From Candidatus Lernaella stagnicola (GTDB taxonomy: Bacteria > Lernaellota > Lernaellaia > Lernaellales > Lernaellaceae): 64,000 bases of DNA. How positions within the stretch are numbered: position 1 is the first letter of the stretch; each line of letters begins with the position of its first letter. The stretch spans positions 450,441-514,440 of the forward strand of contig JAVCCK010000010.1 of assembly GCA_030765525.1 (NCBI GenBank). Reading direction: 5' to 3'. Shown here piece after piece: positions 9,983 to 19,116 of this stretch. The notes beneath the pieces were generated by a model. That model searched no databases, was not told where the DNA came from, and saw only the letters and a program-made list of their open reading frames with translations. The position numbers and the translations under genes are program-made.

Positions 9983-10332
9983 GATTTCCTCTCCTTAAAA
10001 AATATTTAGAAAGAACAGATGCCCCGTGCCCTAACCTAAGACAAAACGAGAATCTGTCAATCCGATAAAAGCTCTTTTCGACAAGTTAGCGGAGGCCGGA
10101 GGAAAAGATCGGGAGGCGTCTTTTTTGTTTGTTTCTTATAGGTTACCGGTCAACGAGCGATAACCGGCGGCCCGAAAAGAGTATAAAGATAACTTCTCAA
10201 AGCCCGATGGGTGCACGAATAAGACGACGCATCGGCGATTAAATCTCACCGGACGATGGGGCAGGCACACTTCCTCAGCGAAGCGCAATAGGTCAATAAT
10301 AGCATAGAATATACCACTAATGAAATAATGCG

Positions 10333-10362
10333 TTGACAAATACCCCATTACTGAAATATAAG
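10333..10362 (+). promoter_or_regulatory. sigma70-like promoter candidate (TTGACA-18-TATAAG) upstream of the ABC transporter operon
   Basis: cgTTGACAaataccccattactgaaaTATAAGc lies ~50 nt upstream of the permease start. Confidence 0.35.
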
Positions 10363-10410
10363 CATGCATGTAGTGAATGTTACCCTCTGTTTTTAACATC
10401 GAAGGGCGGG

Positions 10411-11208
10411 ATGCGTTTGCAGCTTGTAAGAACAGCGGGACGTCGGGCGATCGGCTATTTCGTTGCCGCCGCCGCCCTTGGATTTTTCGTGTTGATCTCC
10501 GAGGTCGCGCTCAAGTATTTCGAAGTACCAGTCTACCTGCTGCCGCGACCCAGCCAAGTAATCAACGAAATCATTCAACATTTCGGTTACTACCTGACGC
10601 AGACCAGCGTTACGATGCTCGAGGCTGCCTCCGGCTTCCTGGTTGGCAATACAATCGCGTACGGTTTGGCGCTGTTTTTTGTACGCTTTCCCTCTGTGGA
10701 GAAAATGGGGCTGGCGGCGGCGGTCGCGGTGAAATCGACGCCCATCGTCGTTCTGGCGCCGCTGTTTATCATCTGGTTCGGCAACGGCTTGTTCGGCAAA
10801 TGCCTGATGGCTGCACTGATCTGCTTCTTTCCCATGCTGGTGAACTCCACGGTCGGATTGCGCTCGGTCGACCCGGATATTCTGAATTACCTGCGCAGTT
10901 TGGGTGCGACACCAACGCAGACTTTGCTCAAGGTGCGTATCCAAACCTCGTTGCCCTATGCGCTTGCCGCGGCCAAAGCCTCATCGACGATCTCGATAGT
11001 CGGGGCGATTGTCGCCGAATTGGCCGGGTCCGACGCCGGGGTCGGCTACATTTTCCTCATGTCTATCTATCGCCTGGAAACGGAAAAAATGTTCGCGGCC
11101 ATTGCCTTCGTGGCGATAGCCGGCGTTTTGTTTTACAGCTTGGTCAGTTTGCCGACACGAGTCTTGAGCCGACACGGTTGGGGTGATTACACAGCACGAA
11201 TGAGTTAA
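10411..11208 (+). CDS. ABC transporter permease, NitT/TauT (SsuC/TauC-like) family
   Basis: Six predicted TM segments. BPD_transp_1-like EAA-type loop (AASGFLVGNTIAYGLALFF...). ATG 10411 with GAAGGGCGGG upstream. Longer upstream ORF frame discounted. Confidence 0.7.
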   Translation: MRLQLVRTAGRRAIGYFVAAAALGFFVLISEVALKYFEVPVYLLPRPSQVINEIIQHFGYYLTQTSVTMLEAASGFLVGNTIAYGLALFFVRFPSVEKMGLAAAVAVKSTPIVVLAPLFIIWFGNGLFGKCLMAALICFFPMLVNSTVGLRSVDPDILNYLRSLGATPTQTLLKVRIQTSLPYALAAAKASSTISIVGAIVAELAGSDAGVGYIFLMSIYRLETEKMFAAIAFVAIAGVLFYSLVSLPTRVLSRHGWGDYTARMS

Positions 11209-11310
11209 CGGCGGGACCCGGGTCCGGGGAGTGCATTGGGCACGTATGGTTATTTAATGGGAAGCGATTCTTGAAGCAAGCATCGGTAATCTAGACGAAG
11301 GGGAAAGACA

Positions 11311-12390
11311 ATGGCGAGAAAAATGATGCAATCGGCCCTGGTTTTATTGTTGGCGTTTGCCGTGGTAGCGGCTCTCGGCGGCTGCAGCAAAGACAAGCCG
11401 GGCGCCACCCCGAAACCCGCGGTTGGTAAAGCGGCGCCCCAAGCTGCCGCCCCGGCCGAGAAGGCGTCGATCCGGTTGAAGTGGTTTGCTTACGGCAACT
11501 ACGTGGGCTCCTACGTCGCGAGAGACAGCGGCATTTGGAAGAACCTCGGGCTCGATGTCACCGTACATGAGGGCGGCCCGCAACTGGATTCGTGTACGAT
11601 GGTCGTCACCGATTCAGACCAATTCGGTATTGCGAGCCCCGATCAACTTTTGATCGCGCGGTCGAAGGGCCAGCCGGTTGTCGCCGTGGCGGCGCTGATG
11701 CAGAAAACGCCGATAGGCTTTTTGGTGCATGCCGACAGCGGCATCAAAGAGCCCAAGGATTTACTCGGCAAGCGCATGCGGTTCATCCCCGGGCACAACA
11801 GCGTGCACGAATACATGGCGATGATGAAATTGCACGGCCTGGATCGTTCGAAGGTGCGGGAGATCATCAACACGACCACTTTGCAGCTTTTCCTGAACCA
11901 CGAAGTCGACTTGGAACCCATCTACGTCAACTACCAGCCGCTCATCATGAAGAAGAGGGGCATTCCGGTAGATGTGTTCAAACCCTCGGATTTCGGCATC
12001 GACAGCTACGGCAATATCTTGGTCGCTTCCGAGAAGCTCGTGCGTGAGAACCCGAAACTCGTGACCCGCTTTATCAAGGGCTTGCTGGACGGTTGGCGCA
12101 AAACCCACGCCGATCCCGCGATGGCCGCGAGCCTTCTGGTCAAGCTGAAACCGAACTTGGACCCTGAAATCGAAGCCGGTATCGCGGCGGGCACTAAGGA
12201 ATTCATGGAGCGGGAAGACGGCCGCATGGGTTGGATGACCGAAGAAAAATGGAGCCACGTCATCGATCTGTTCCAACAAGGCGGCGTGATCGAGAAAAAA
12301 CCCGATCCGAAAACCGTGTTTACCAATCGCTTTATGGAAGAAATTTACGGCGCAGCCCCGACCGCCCCTGCAGCGCCGCCCAAACCGTAG
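11311..12390 (+). CDS. ABC transporter substrate-binding lipoprotein, NMT1/THI5-SsuA-like
   Basis: Lipobox LGGCSKD with Pro/Ala-rich linker. NMT1/THI5-like periplasmic binding fold (IRLKWFAYGNYVG...). Cognate to the flanking permease and ATPase. Confidence 0.7.
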   Translation: MARKMMQSALVLLLAFAVVAALGGCSKDKPGATPKPAVGKAAPQAAAPAEKASIRLKWFAYGNYVGSYVARDSGIWKNLGLDVTVHEGGPQLDSCTMVVTDSDQFGIASPDQLLIARSKGQPVVAVAALMQKTPIGFLVHADSGIKEPKDLLGKRMRFIPGHNSVHEYMAMMKLHGLDRSKVREIINTTTLQLFLNHEVDLEPIYVNYQPLIMKKRGIPVDVFKPSDFGIDSYGNILVASEKLVRENPKLVTRFIKGLLDGWRKTHADPAMAASLLVKLKPNLDPEIEAGIAAGTKEFMEREDGRMGWMTEEKWSHVIDLFQQGGVIEKKPDPKTVFTNRFMEEIYGAAPTAPAAPPKP

Positions 12391-12417
12391 CCCGAAGCCG
12401 GCGAACAAGGCGGAGAG

Positions 12418-13248
12418 TTGCAGACTGCAACAAGACATACGCGCAGCAGCGCGATCGACGTCGCTGATCTGGTCGTGGATTATCCCGGCCTCAACGGCGA
12501 AGCCTTACGGGCCGTGGAACGCGTCGAATTCGCCGCGACTCCCGGTCGCCGGATCGCGTTGGTGGGCCCCTCAGGTTGCGGTAAATCGACAATTCTCAAG
12601 GCAATGGCCGGATTGCTGCGGCCCACCGGCGGCCGGATTCTCTTCGACGGTCTGGTGCCGCAAGCGGCCCGAGAGCAGAAGCTGTTCGGGTTGGTGCCGC
12701 AGCATCCGGCGTTATTGAAATGGCGCGTCGCGCGTGACAACGTCGCGCTTCCGTTGGAATTGAGCGGCGCGCGCAACGCCGCATCGCTGCGCCGGGTCGA
12801 CGAATTGTTGGAACTGTTCGGCTTAGACTCCTTCGCCAGATATTACCCGAACCAATTATCCGGCGGCATGCAATCGCGCGTGGCGATCGCGCGGGCGCTG
12901 GCGCTGGAGCCGGGCGCGCTGCTGCTCGACGAGTGTTTCGGCAGCTTGGATGAATTGACGCGGGAACGCCTCTACTGCGAACTCTCGCCCATGTGGCACG
13001 AACTGGGAACGACGTTGGTGCTCGTTACTCACTCACTAGCCGAGGCCATCTACCTGTCCGACGAGATCGTTGTGCTCACGTCTTTGCCGGCGCGGGTAGC
13101 CGGACGGGTGATTGTCGGCGCGCCGCAACCCCGGTCGGAAGAGTTCATTCAGAGCGAGGAATTCCTGGCGGCGATGTCGCGGGCCCGCGCTCTTCTGGGA
13201 TTGAGCGGCGACCCAGCAACTAAAAATTTATCGGAGGCGGTACCATGA
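12418..13248 (+). CDS. ABC transporter ATP-binding protein (SsuB/TauB-like)
   Basis: Walker A GPSGCGKST. Signature LSGGMQSRVAIARAL. Walker B LLLDECFGSLD. D-loop/ALTR-like ELTRERL. TTG start assumed. Confidence 0.7.
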   Translation: MQTATRHTRSSAIDVADLVVDYPGLNGEALRAVERVEFAATPGRRIALVGPSGCGKSTILKAMAGLLRPTGGRILFDGLVPQAAREQKLFGLVPQHPALLKWRVARDNVALPLELSGARNAASLRRVDELLELFGLDSFARYYPNQLSGGMQSRVAIARALALEPGALLLDECFGSLDELTRERLYCELSPMWHELGTTLVLVTHSLAEAIYLSDEIVVLTSLPARVAGRVIVGAPQPRSEEFIQSEEFLAAMSRARALLGLSGDPATKNLSEAVP

Positions 13249-14480
13249 TGGCCTCACAAAACCGGACGTTGGATCCTCGCGTTGCCGTCAAACATATTTT
13301 GGTCGAGCGGCAGGCGCAGCAAGAGTACTTGTCGCGGGTCGGAGGCGTCCTCGATCAGTTTCCCGGGCGGAAACCGACGTACGTCGACGACTTCGAAGCG
13401 ACGACGATCGCACGTGTTTTCCGCGAGCAGCTGGGTGAAGATCGCCCCCTGGCGGATGATTCGTCCGAAGCGGTGGGCATAGGCAAACGCGTACTGGCGA
13501 TCGGCGCCCGGCGCGACGGGCGGATCGTCGAAAAGTTTACCGATGAAAAGGGAATGATCTGCCACGGATTTCACTATCTGCACGTCATGGCCAACGGCTG
13601 CGTGTTCAATTGCCAATACTGTTTTCTGCACGGCTCCATCTGGGCGCGGTCGGTGCCCACGATCATCAAGCTGAACATCAACTACGAGGACATCTCCACG
13701 CGGATGCGAGAGATCGCAGCCGACAATTTACGTCAGGGCAAGTGCACGCGCTTCAACATGGGCGTAATGATGGATTCGTTCGCGTTCGAGCCGACGATCG
13801 GTTTTCTGCGATATATCATTCCGCTGCTGGGCCACGACGACTTCGCGGCGACCACGCTGATCCTGCTCTCCAAAAGCAACGAGATCACGGAGTTGCTCAA
13901 CGCGGCACGCCGCTATCCGTGGGCCACCAAACGAGTGCTACCCGGTTTCAGTGTGAATTCCGTAACGGCAGCCACGCGCTTTGAAGGCGGTACGGCCGGA
14001 ACGCATGCGCGCCTGGCGGCAGCGCGACAACTGCAATCCGCCGGCTATGCGGTTCGCTTGCGTATCGACCCCGTAATTCCCATCGGAGATTGGGCGACCG
14101 AATACAAGCACCTCGTCGATCTTATTTACCGGGAGTACGAAATCGACCCGCAACCCTTGCTCGTGGCATCGTTACGCTTTGACGACCCGCAGCCGATTAA
14201 CAGGGCGCGGGGGCGTTTTCCCTTCTCCCCCCTCTTTGATCTACCGCTTACCTTGGATGACGGCGCGAAATGGCGGCTGCCCTTCGATTTCCGGCGCGAA
14301 ATTTTCGCGACGATCATCGATTACATCCGTCGCATTGCGCCACAGCAACGGCTCGGCCTGTGCAAGGAAAAAGCCGCGACGTGGAAGACCCTGGGCCTGG
14401 ACCCTCGCCCCACCTGCGGGGCTTCCGATTGCTTGGAGCCCCCGTCCGGCGCCGCGGTCGTCGAGCCCGACCAACCGTAA
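13245..14480 (+). CDS. radical SAM enzyme, SplB-like (spore-photoproduct-lyase / COG1533 family)
   Basis: CxxxCxxC radical SAM motif in MANGCVFNCQYCFLHG. ATG overlaps the upstream ATPase stop (ATGA), implying translational coupling. Confidence 0.6.
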   Translation: MMASQNRTLDPRVAVKHILVERQAQQEYLSRVGGVLDQFPGRKPTYVDDFEATTIARVFREQLGEDRPLADDSSEAVGIGKRVLAIGARRDGRIVEKFTDEKGMICHGFHYLHVMANGCVFNCQYCFLHGSIWARSVPTIIKLNINYEDISTRMREIAADNLRQGKCTRFNMGVMMDSFAFEPTIGFLRYIIPLLGHDDFAATTLILLSKSNEITELLNAARRYPWATKRVLPGFSVNSVTAATRFEGGTAGTHARLAAARQLQSAGYAVRLRIDPVIPIGDWATEYKHLVDLIYREYEIDPQPLLVASLRFDDPQPINRARGRFPFSPLFDLPLTLDDGAKWRLPFDFRREIFATIIDYIRRIAPQQRLGLCKEKAATWKTLGLDPRPTCGASDCLEPPSGAAVVEPDQP

Positions 14481-14496
14481 TCGAAAGGAGACGACA

Positions 14497-14793
14497 ATGA
14501 TTGTCAAACTAGAGATCGCTTATTTGCCGGAGTATTCGCCGGAAATGGGCAAACGGTTCAAACAGGAAATCCAGTGGCCTGCGGGCGTCGTCATGCGCGG
14601 CCCCTATCTTTACCCCGTTATCAGCGAGGGTAAGCGTGCCCTGTTCCTGTTCGAATTCGACAAAGCGCGCATGGGCGAGGCGATGGACGCCATTCGCGTA
14701 TACCCGCTTCGCTTTTACGGAATGCCGGGCTTCAGCTACTCGCTGCAAATCTGTATCGAGGCTGTCAGCGAAGCGCGGGATTTCATGCCCTGA
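14497..14793 (+). CDS. hypothetical small protein (98 aa)
   Basis: Perfect RBS AAAGGAG 7 nt before ATG. MIVKLEIAYLPEYSPEMGKRFKQEIQWPAGVVMRGPYLYPVISEG... No recognised domain. Confidence 0.5.
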   Translation: MIVKLEIAYLPEYSPEMGKRFKQEIQWPAGVVMRGPYLYPVISEGKRALFLFEFDKARMGEAMDAIRVYPLRFYGMPGFSYSLQICIEAVSEARDFMP

Positions 14794-14834
14794 CAACGGT
14801 CGCAGTCGACCGAATCAGCAAGCGCGAGGTAACG

Positions 14835-16277
14835 ATGAACGAGACAATTGCCACGTTGTTTATCAACGGCGAATGGCGGCGGACCGACCGCGTCTTCATG
14901 GTGGACGACCCCGCCACGTCCGAACCGTTTGCCGCGGCTTCCGATGCCGCTTCCGATGACGTGCGTGCGGCGATTGCCGCGGCGTACGATGCGTTTCCGG
15001 AGTGGTCGCAAACCACGCCGCAGAAGCGGGCCGACATTCTGCTCGAAATCGCGCGCCGGATGCGGGCGAACAAAGAAACGCTGGCGACCATCTTGACCCG
15101 CGAAAACGGCAAGCCATTGGCCGAATCCCGAGCGGAAATCGATTTCGGCATCGGGTTCTTCATCTGGTTCGCCGAAGAGGCTAAGCGAGCCCGCGGCGAA
15201 ATTGTTCCCAGCAATGCGCCCGGTAAAAGACGGCTAGTGATTCGCCAACCGCTGGGAGTGATCGCGGCGATTACCCCGTGGAACCTGCCCGTTGCCATCC
15301 TGGCCCGCAAAGTCGCGCCGATTCTCGCCGCCGGTTGCACCGCGGTCGTTAAACCCGCCGAGCAAACCCCGTGTACCGCGATTGAGATGTTTAAAATTTT
15401 CGCGGCCGCCGGCCTACCTGCGGGCGTGGCGAATTTAATTACCGTCGCCGACCCGTCGCCGGTGGGTAAGGAGTTCGTTGCCAATTCCCGCGTGGCGAAG
15501 ATCACGTTCACCGGTTCCACGGCGGTGGGGCGGGAACTAGCGGCCGGGGCGGGGCGCCAACTCAAGCGCGTTTCTCTGGAATTAGGCGGGCACGCGCCGT
15601 TTATCGTTTTCGCCGACGCCGATGTGGATCACGCCGTGCGCCAATTGGTTGTCTCGAAATTCCGCAACAGCGGCCAAACCTGCCTATGCGCGAACCGCAT
15701 TTTCGTTCACGAAGAAATACTGGACTCGTTTTGCCGCAAGCTCGTGGCCGCCGTGCAAGATCTTCGCGTTGGGGGCGGTCTGTCGCCGGAGACGGATATC
15801 GGCCCCATGATCGATCGCGACGGATTCGACAAGGTGCGGCGGCATGTCGAGGACGCCATCCAAGCCGGGGCCGAGTGCCTCGCGGGCGGCCGCCCCGTCG
15901 AGGTTCCCGGCTGGGAACGCGGGCTCTTCTACGCGCCGACCGTGTTGAAATGCGCCACCGAGGACCTAGTCGTCTGCCGGGAAGAAACCTTCGGCCCCGT
16001 GGCGCCGATTTTGGGCTTTACGGAGGAAGAGGCTGTGGTTCGGGCGGCGAATGATTCGGTATACGGATTGTCCGGCTACGTGTTCACCCGCGATTTGGGG
16101 CGCGCCGTGCGGGTGGCCGAGGCGTTGGAGTGCGGTGTCATCGGCGTGAACGACGGTTTGACGCCGGTACCCGAGTGTCCCTTCGGTGGCTTCAAGCAAA
16201 GCGGCATCGGCCGTGAGGGCGGCTGGCAGGGGTTGGACGAATGTCTGGAAACCAAATACATCACCGTCGCGTACTGA
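14835..16277 (+). CDS. NAD(P)-dependent aldehyde dehydrogenase (succinate-semialdehyde dehydrogenase-like)
   Basis: ALDH motifs ITPWNLPVAI, ELGGHAPFIV, catalytic Cys region NSGQTCLCANRIFVHE. 480 aa. Confidence 0.8.
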   Translation: MNETIATLFINGEWRRTDRVFMVDDPATSEPFAAASDAASDDVRAAIAAAYDAFPEWSQTTPQKRADILLEIARRMRANKETLATILTRENGKPLAESRAEIDFGIGFFIWFAEEAKRARGEIVPSNAPGKRRLVIRQPLGVIAAITPWNLPVAILARKVAPILAAGCTAVVKPAEQTPCTAIEMFKIFAAAGLPAGVANLITVADPSPVGKEFVANSRVAKITFTGSTAVGRELAAGAGRQLKRVSLELGGHAPFIVFADADVDHAVRQLVVSKFRNSGQTCLCANRIFVHEEILDSFCRKLVAAVQDLRVGGGLSPETDIGPMIDRDGFDKVRRHVEDAIQAGAECLAGGRPVEVPGWERGLFYAPTVLKCATEDLVVCREETFGPVAPILGFTEEEAVVRAANDSVYGLSGYVFTRDLGRAVRVAEALECGVIGVNDGLTPVPECPFGGFKQSGIGREGGWQGLDECLETKYITVAY

Positions 16278-16316
16278 TGCCGCAATAAGGCGTCGAATAA
16301 TTTGCCGGAAATGTTC

Positions 16317-17555
16317 TTACATCAAATGCGCGGTCAGGGTCACGTTGCCGATGCGTAGGCGGTCGCCGTTGTGCAATTGGACCTTCTTTGCCCGTTTGTC
16401 GTTGACGTACGTGCCGCCGCCCAGATCCTTGAGATAGAACGTCCCTTTTCGGTCGACCTTGATCCACGCGTGCTTCGGGGCGACGTCGGGGTAGGGTAGG
16501 TAGACGTCGCAGTCTTCCTGCGAGCCAATCATGGTGCGGCCGCCGGCGAAAGTGCCGGTGAGCACGAGGTTGTGAACCCGCGTACCCCCGTCGGGCTTTT
16601 CCTCAATGAGGCACGGATTGATCGTCGTGCTGATCAGGCGGCGATCGCGGACGTCGGCGTCGTGGAAGAAGCCCTGTTCCACCTCGTCCTCGAAGATTTC
16701 TTCCACTTCGGTAACGAGGGGTTCACCGTCTTCGCCGTATTCGATTTCTTCCTCGGCGACGATGCGGCCGCCGGCGAAGTCTTCTTCGGATACCGGCTCG
16801 TAGACTTCTTCCTCTTCGGCTGCGGCTTCGGCCGCTTCGGCTACCAATTCCTGCTCGACCTCTTCCCCGTATTTTTCCACGAGCTGGTCGGCGAAAACGG
16901 GCATTTGCAGGGTGTCGAGTTCCTGTAATTGAATTTCGACTTGTTCGATATCTTCGGCGGCGACGGTCACTTCTTTTTGAGCCGTTTCGATTTTTTGCCG
17001 GGCGCCGTCTTTGAGGCTTTCGTACTCGGCTTCGTTATCTTCGAACTCGCCGATTTCGGCGCGGAGGTCGATCTCTTCCAGTTCCGAATTGGCGGCTTCG
17101 ATTTCCTTTTCGAAGGCAGCACGTTGATTGCCCCGCGCGACGATGTAATCCTCGCATTCGGCCCTTTTGTCCGCGACCTGCTTCTGCCAATCGGTTTGGG
17201 CGACTTCGAGTTCGGCCGCGTATTTCTGTACGACTCGGTCGCGCACCGTTTCGGGTGTGACTAGATGGTGTGCGGCGTCTTCGGCGCGACGTTGGGCTTC
17301 TTCCTCGGCCTGGCGGCGGGCTTCTTCCTCCGCGGCGCGTCGCTCCGCTTCTTCACGTTCACGCTCTTCCTCGATGCGGCGCTGTACGTCGGCGATGCGG
17401 GCTTCCACGTCGATGGTCTTCTCGTCGATTTCGCCACGCAGCTTTTCGTACAGCTCGGGACGCACCTTGTCACGGCGCGCCTCGAGTTTCTGCATACGTT
17501 CGAGGTAGCTCTCCTTCTCCTGTTGGAGAGTCGCGAGTTCGTCCTGCAGACTCAT
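16317..17555 (-). CDS. FHA-domain protein with long Glu/Arg/Ala-rich coiled-coil N-terminal region
   Basis: C-terminal FHA-like GRTMIGSQEDCDVYL...HAWIKVDRKGTFYLKDLGGGTYVNDKRAKKVQLHNGDRLRIGNV. N-terminal REEAERRAAEEEARRQAEEEAQRRAE repeats. Confidence 0.6.
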   Translation of the reverse strand: MSLQDELATLQQEKESYLERMQKLEARRDKVRPELYEKLRGEIDEKTIDVEARIADVQRRIEEEREREEAERRAAEEEARRQAEEEAQRRAEDAAHHLVTPETVRDRVVQKYAAELEVAQTDWQKQVADKRAECEDYIVARGNQRAAFEKEIEAANSELEEIDLRAEIGEFEDNEAEYESLKDGARQKIETAQKEVTVAAEDIEQVEIQLQELDTLQMPVFADQLVEKYGEEVEQELVAEAAEAAAEEEEVYEPVSEEDFAGGRIVAEEEIEYGEDGEPLVTEVEEIFEDEVEQGFFHDADVRDRRLISTTINPCLIEEKPDGGTRVHNLVLTGTFAGGRTMIGSQEDCDVYLPYPDVAPKHAWIKVDRKGTFYLKDLGGGTYVNDKRAKKVQLHNGDRLRIGNVTLTAHLM

Positions 17556-18439
17556 TCCGTACCTCCGCCGGCACCCTGAGCGCCGGTACCGTTACTGTCT
17601 CCTAAAGCATCCGGGGGGAAAGCCACCCCCACCAACGTCAAGCCGTGCGCCGGCGCGGTAGGACCCGCGCAGCTACGGTCTCGCAACGCCAGGATATCCG
17701 CAAATTCCCCCGGTGTCACCTTCCCCCGGCCGACGAGCGCAAGCGTACCAACAATCGCCCGAACCTGGTGCTTCAGAAAAGCCGTGCCGCTGATTGTAAA
17801 ACAAAGCAGGCCCCCTTCCACACTGCCGGCGAAAGGCCACCAATCGGCGTGCCGTTCCCACGCGCCAACGGTAACCATATCGTGAACAGTGGCCGTCACG
17901 ATGCGCCTGACCGGGTGTGCGGCTTCACAACTGGCAGCACGAAATGCAGAGAAATCGTGCTCACCAACAAGTGAAACCATGGCCTGCTGCATAGAGATTA
18001 TATCCAGTTCGTCGGTAATATGCCAGCTATAACGCGACAAAAACGGGCTCGGGAAAGGACGATTCAATACGACATAACGGTAGTGGCGCCGGTGGGCGCG
18101 ATGCCGGGCCGAAAAGCCCTCGGGTACGCGCCGGATGTCGTGGATCGTGATGTCCGGCGGCGTGACCGCATTCCACGCTGTGAGCAGGCGGGGTAGGTCC
18201 AAGTCGAATGGCAACGTAAAATCAGCTGGCAAATCCAGGGCGTGTACACCGGCGTCGGTGCGGCCGGCGCCGCGTAGGCGCACGGGCTGTTGGGTGACTT
18301 TTTCGAAGGAGGTTTCCAGAGCTTCCTGGACGCTCAACCCGTTGGGTTGGTACTGCCAGCCCACGTACGCCGTGCCGTCGAATGCCGCGCGCACCAAGTA
18401 CGAACGGTTGCAATCGGCGGGGGCGGCAATGCGGCTCAA
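17552..18439 (-). CDS. truA: tRNA pseudouridine(38-40) synthase
   Basis: YVGWQYQPNG...RLRGAGRTDAGVHA catalytic Asp motif. Typical length. Stop overlaps FHA start by 4 nt. Confidence 0.75.
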   Translation of the reverse strand: MSRIAAPADCNRSYLVRAAFDGTAYVGWQYQPNGLSVQEALETSFEKVTQQPVRLRGAGRTDAGVHALDLPADFTLPFDLDLPRLLTAWNAVTPPDITIHDIRRVPEGFSARHRAHRRHYRYVVLNRPFPSPFLSRYSWHITDELDIISMQQAMVSLVGEHDFSAFRAASCEAAHPVRRIVTATVHDMVTVGAWERHADWWPFAGSVEGGLLCFTISGTAFLKHQVRAIVGTLALVGRGKVTPGEFADILALRDRSCAGPTAPAHGLTLVGVAFPPDALGDSNGTGAQGAGGGTE

Positions 18440-19116
18440 AATTCGAACAGAATTCCCAACGAGTGGAATTGACTCGACAGGTCGACGATGTTTTCTTCGC
18501 CGAAGTTGTCGAGATTCGTGTACCGAAATTCATAGAAAAGGTAAGTGTTGTTGATGCCCCACTCGGCTTCTAGGGCGCCGCTGGCGCGTTTTTCCAGGTT
18601 GTCGAGAAGGAACATCAAGCCGCCGTACGCCTGGGCGCCGTAATTGTACGAGCGGCGTTTCCAACTGCTGTCGAGCTTTTCCTCAAACCAGTACGACAAA
18701 ACGCCCGAGGCCCCGGCGTAGGGCACCACGGGCTGATCGAGGCCGAAATTGAATCGATACAACAACCCCAGACCGCCCGGTGCGATATGCAGTTTGTATT
18801 TTTCGGCGGTCTTGGATTGATCCTGCGGCGAAATGCCGTGACCTTCCGCAAAGCCATAGCTGATGTTACCGACCAACTCCAGGTGATGAACGATCTTCCA
18901 ACTGGCGGCCATCTGGTAAAACGCCACACCCTTTTCACCGTAAACGTCTGCGTAACCGTCATCGTCAAAGAAGAGCATGCCGATGTTGAAGCCAAAAGTC
19001 CCCCAAAACGGACTCTCCTGCCAATGGCGATCCTGTCGTTCCGGCTCTTGAGCCCAGGCGGTGCCGGCGACCAGCAGCGCGGCGATAAGCACGACTAACA
19101 GAAAGCTTCGTTTCAT
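18436..19116 (-). CDS. outer-membrane beta-barrel protein (OmpW/OmpA-like small barrel)
   Basis: Signal peptide MKRSFLLVVLIAALLVAGTAWA. Alternating amphipathic strands. C-terminal ...LGILFEF aromatic terminus. Overlaps both neighbours by 4 nt. Confidence 0.55.
   Translation of the reverse strand: MKRSFLLVVLIAALLVAGTAWAQEPERQDRHWQESPFWGTFGFNIGMLFFDDDGYADVYGEKGVAFYQMAASWKIVHHLELVGNISYGFAEGHGISPQDQSKTAEKYKLHIAPGGLGLLYRFNFGLDQPVVPYAGASGVLSYWFEEKLDSSWKRRSYNYGAQAYGGLMFLLDNLEKRASGALEAEWGINNTYLFYEFRYTNLDNFGEENIVDLSSQFHSLGILFEF

Noticed and set aside
9983-10410. TPP riboswitch upstream of the THI5-like ABC transporter
   Set aside because: Searched for CUGAGA and ACCUGAUCUGGAUAAUGCCAGCG cores; neither present. 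Region better explained as a divergent promoter (TTGACA-18-TATAAG at 10333-10362).
10377-11186. Alternative 269-aa plus-strand ORF overlapping the permease gene in another frame
   Set aside because: Arg/Gly/Cys-rich nonsense composition. The in-phase permease frame has six TM helices and transporter motifs.
16572-17605. Several plus-strand ORFs (118, 111, 113, 104 aa) opposite the FHA/coiled-coil gene
   Set aside because: Mirror frames of a Glu/Arg/Ala-rich repeat region give Phe/Leu/Gly-rich artefacts. No starts with RBS.
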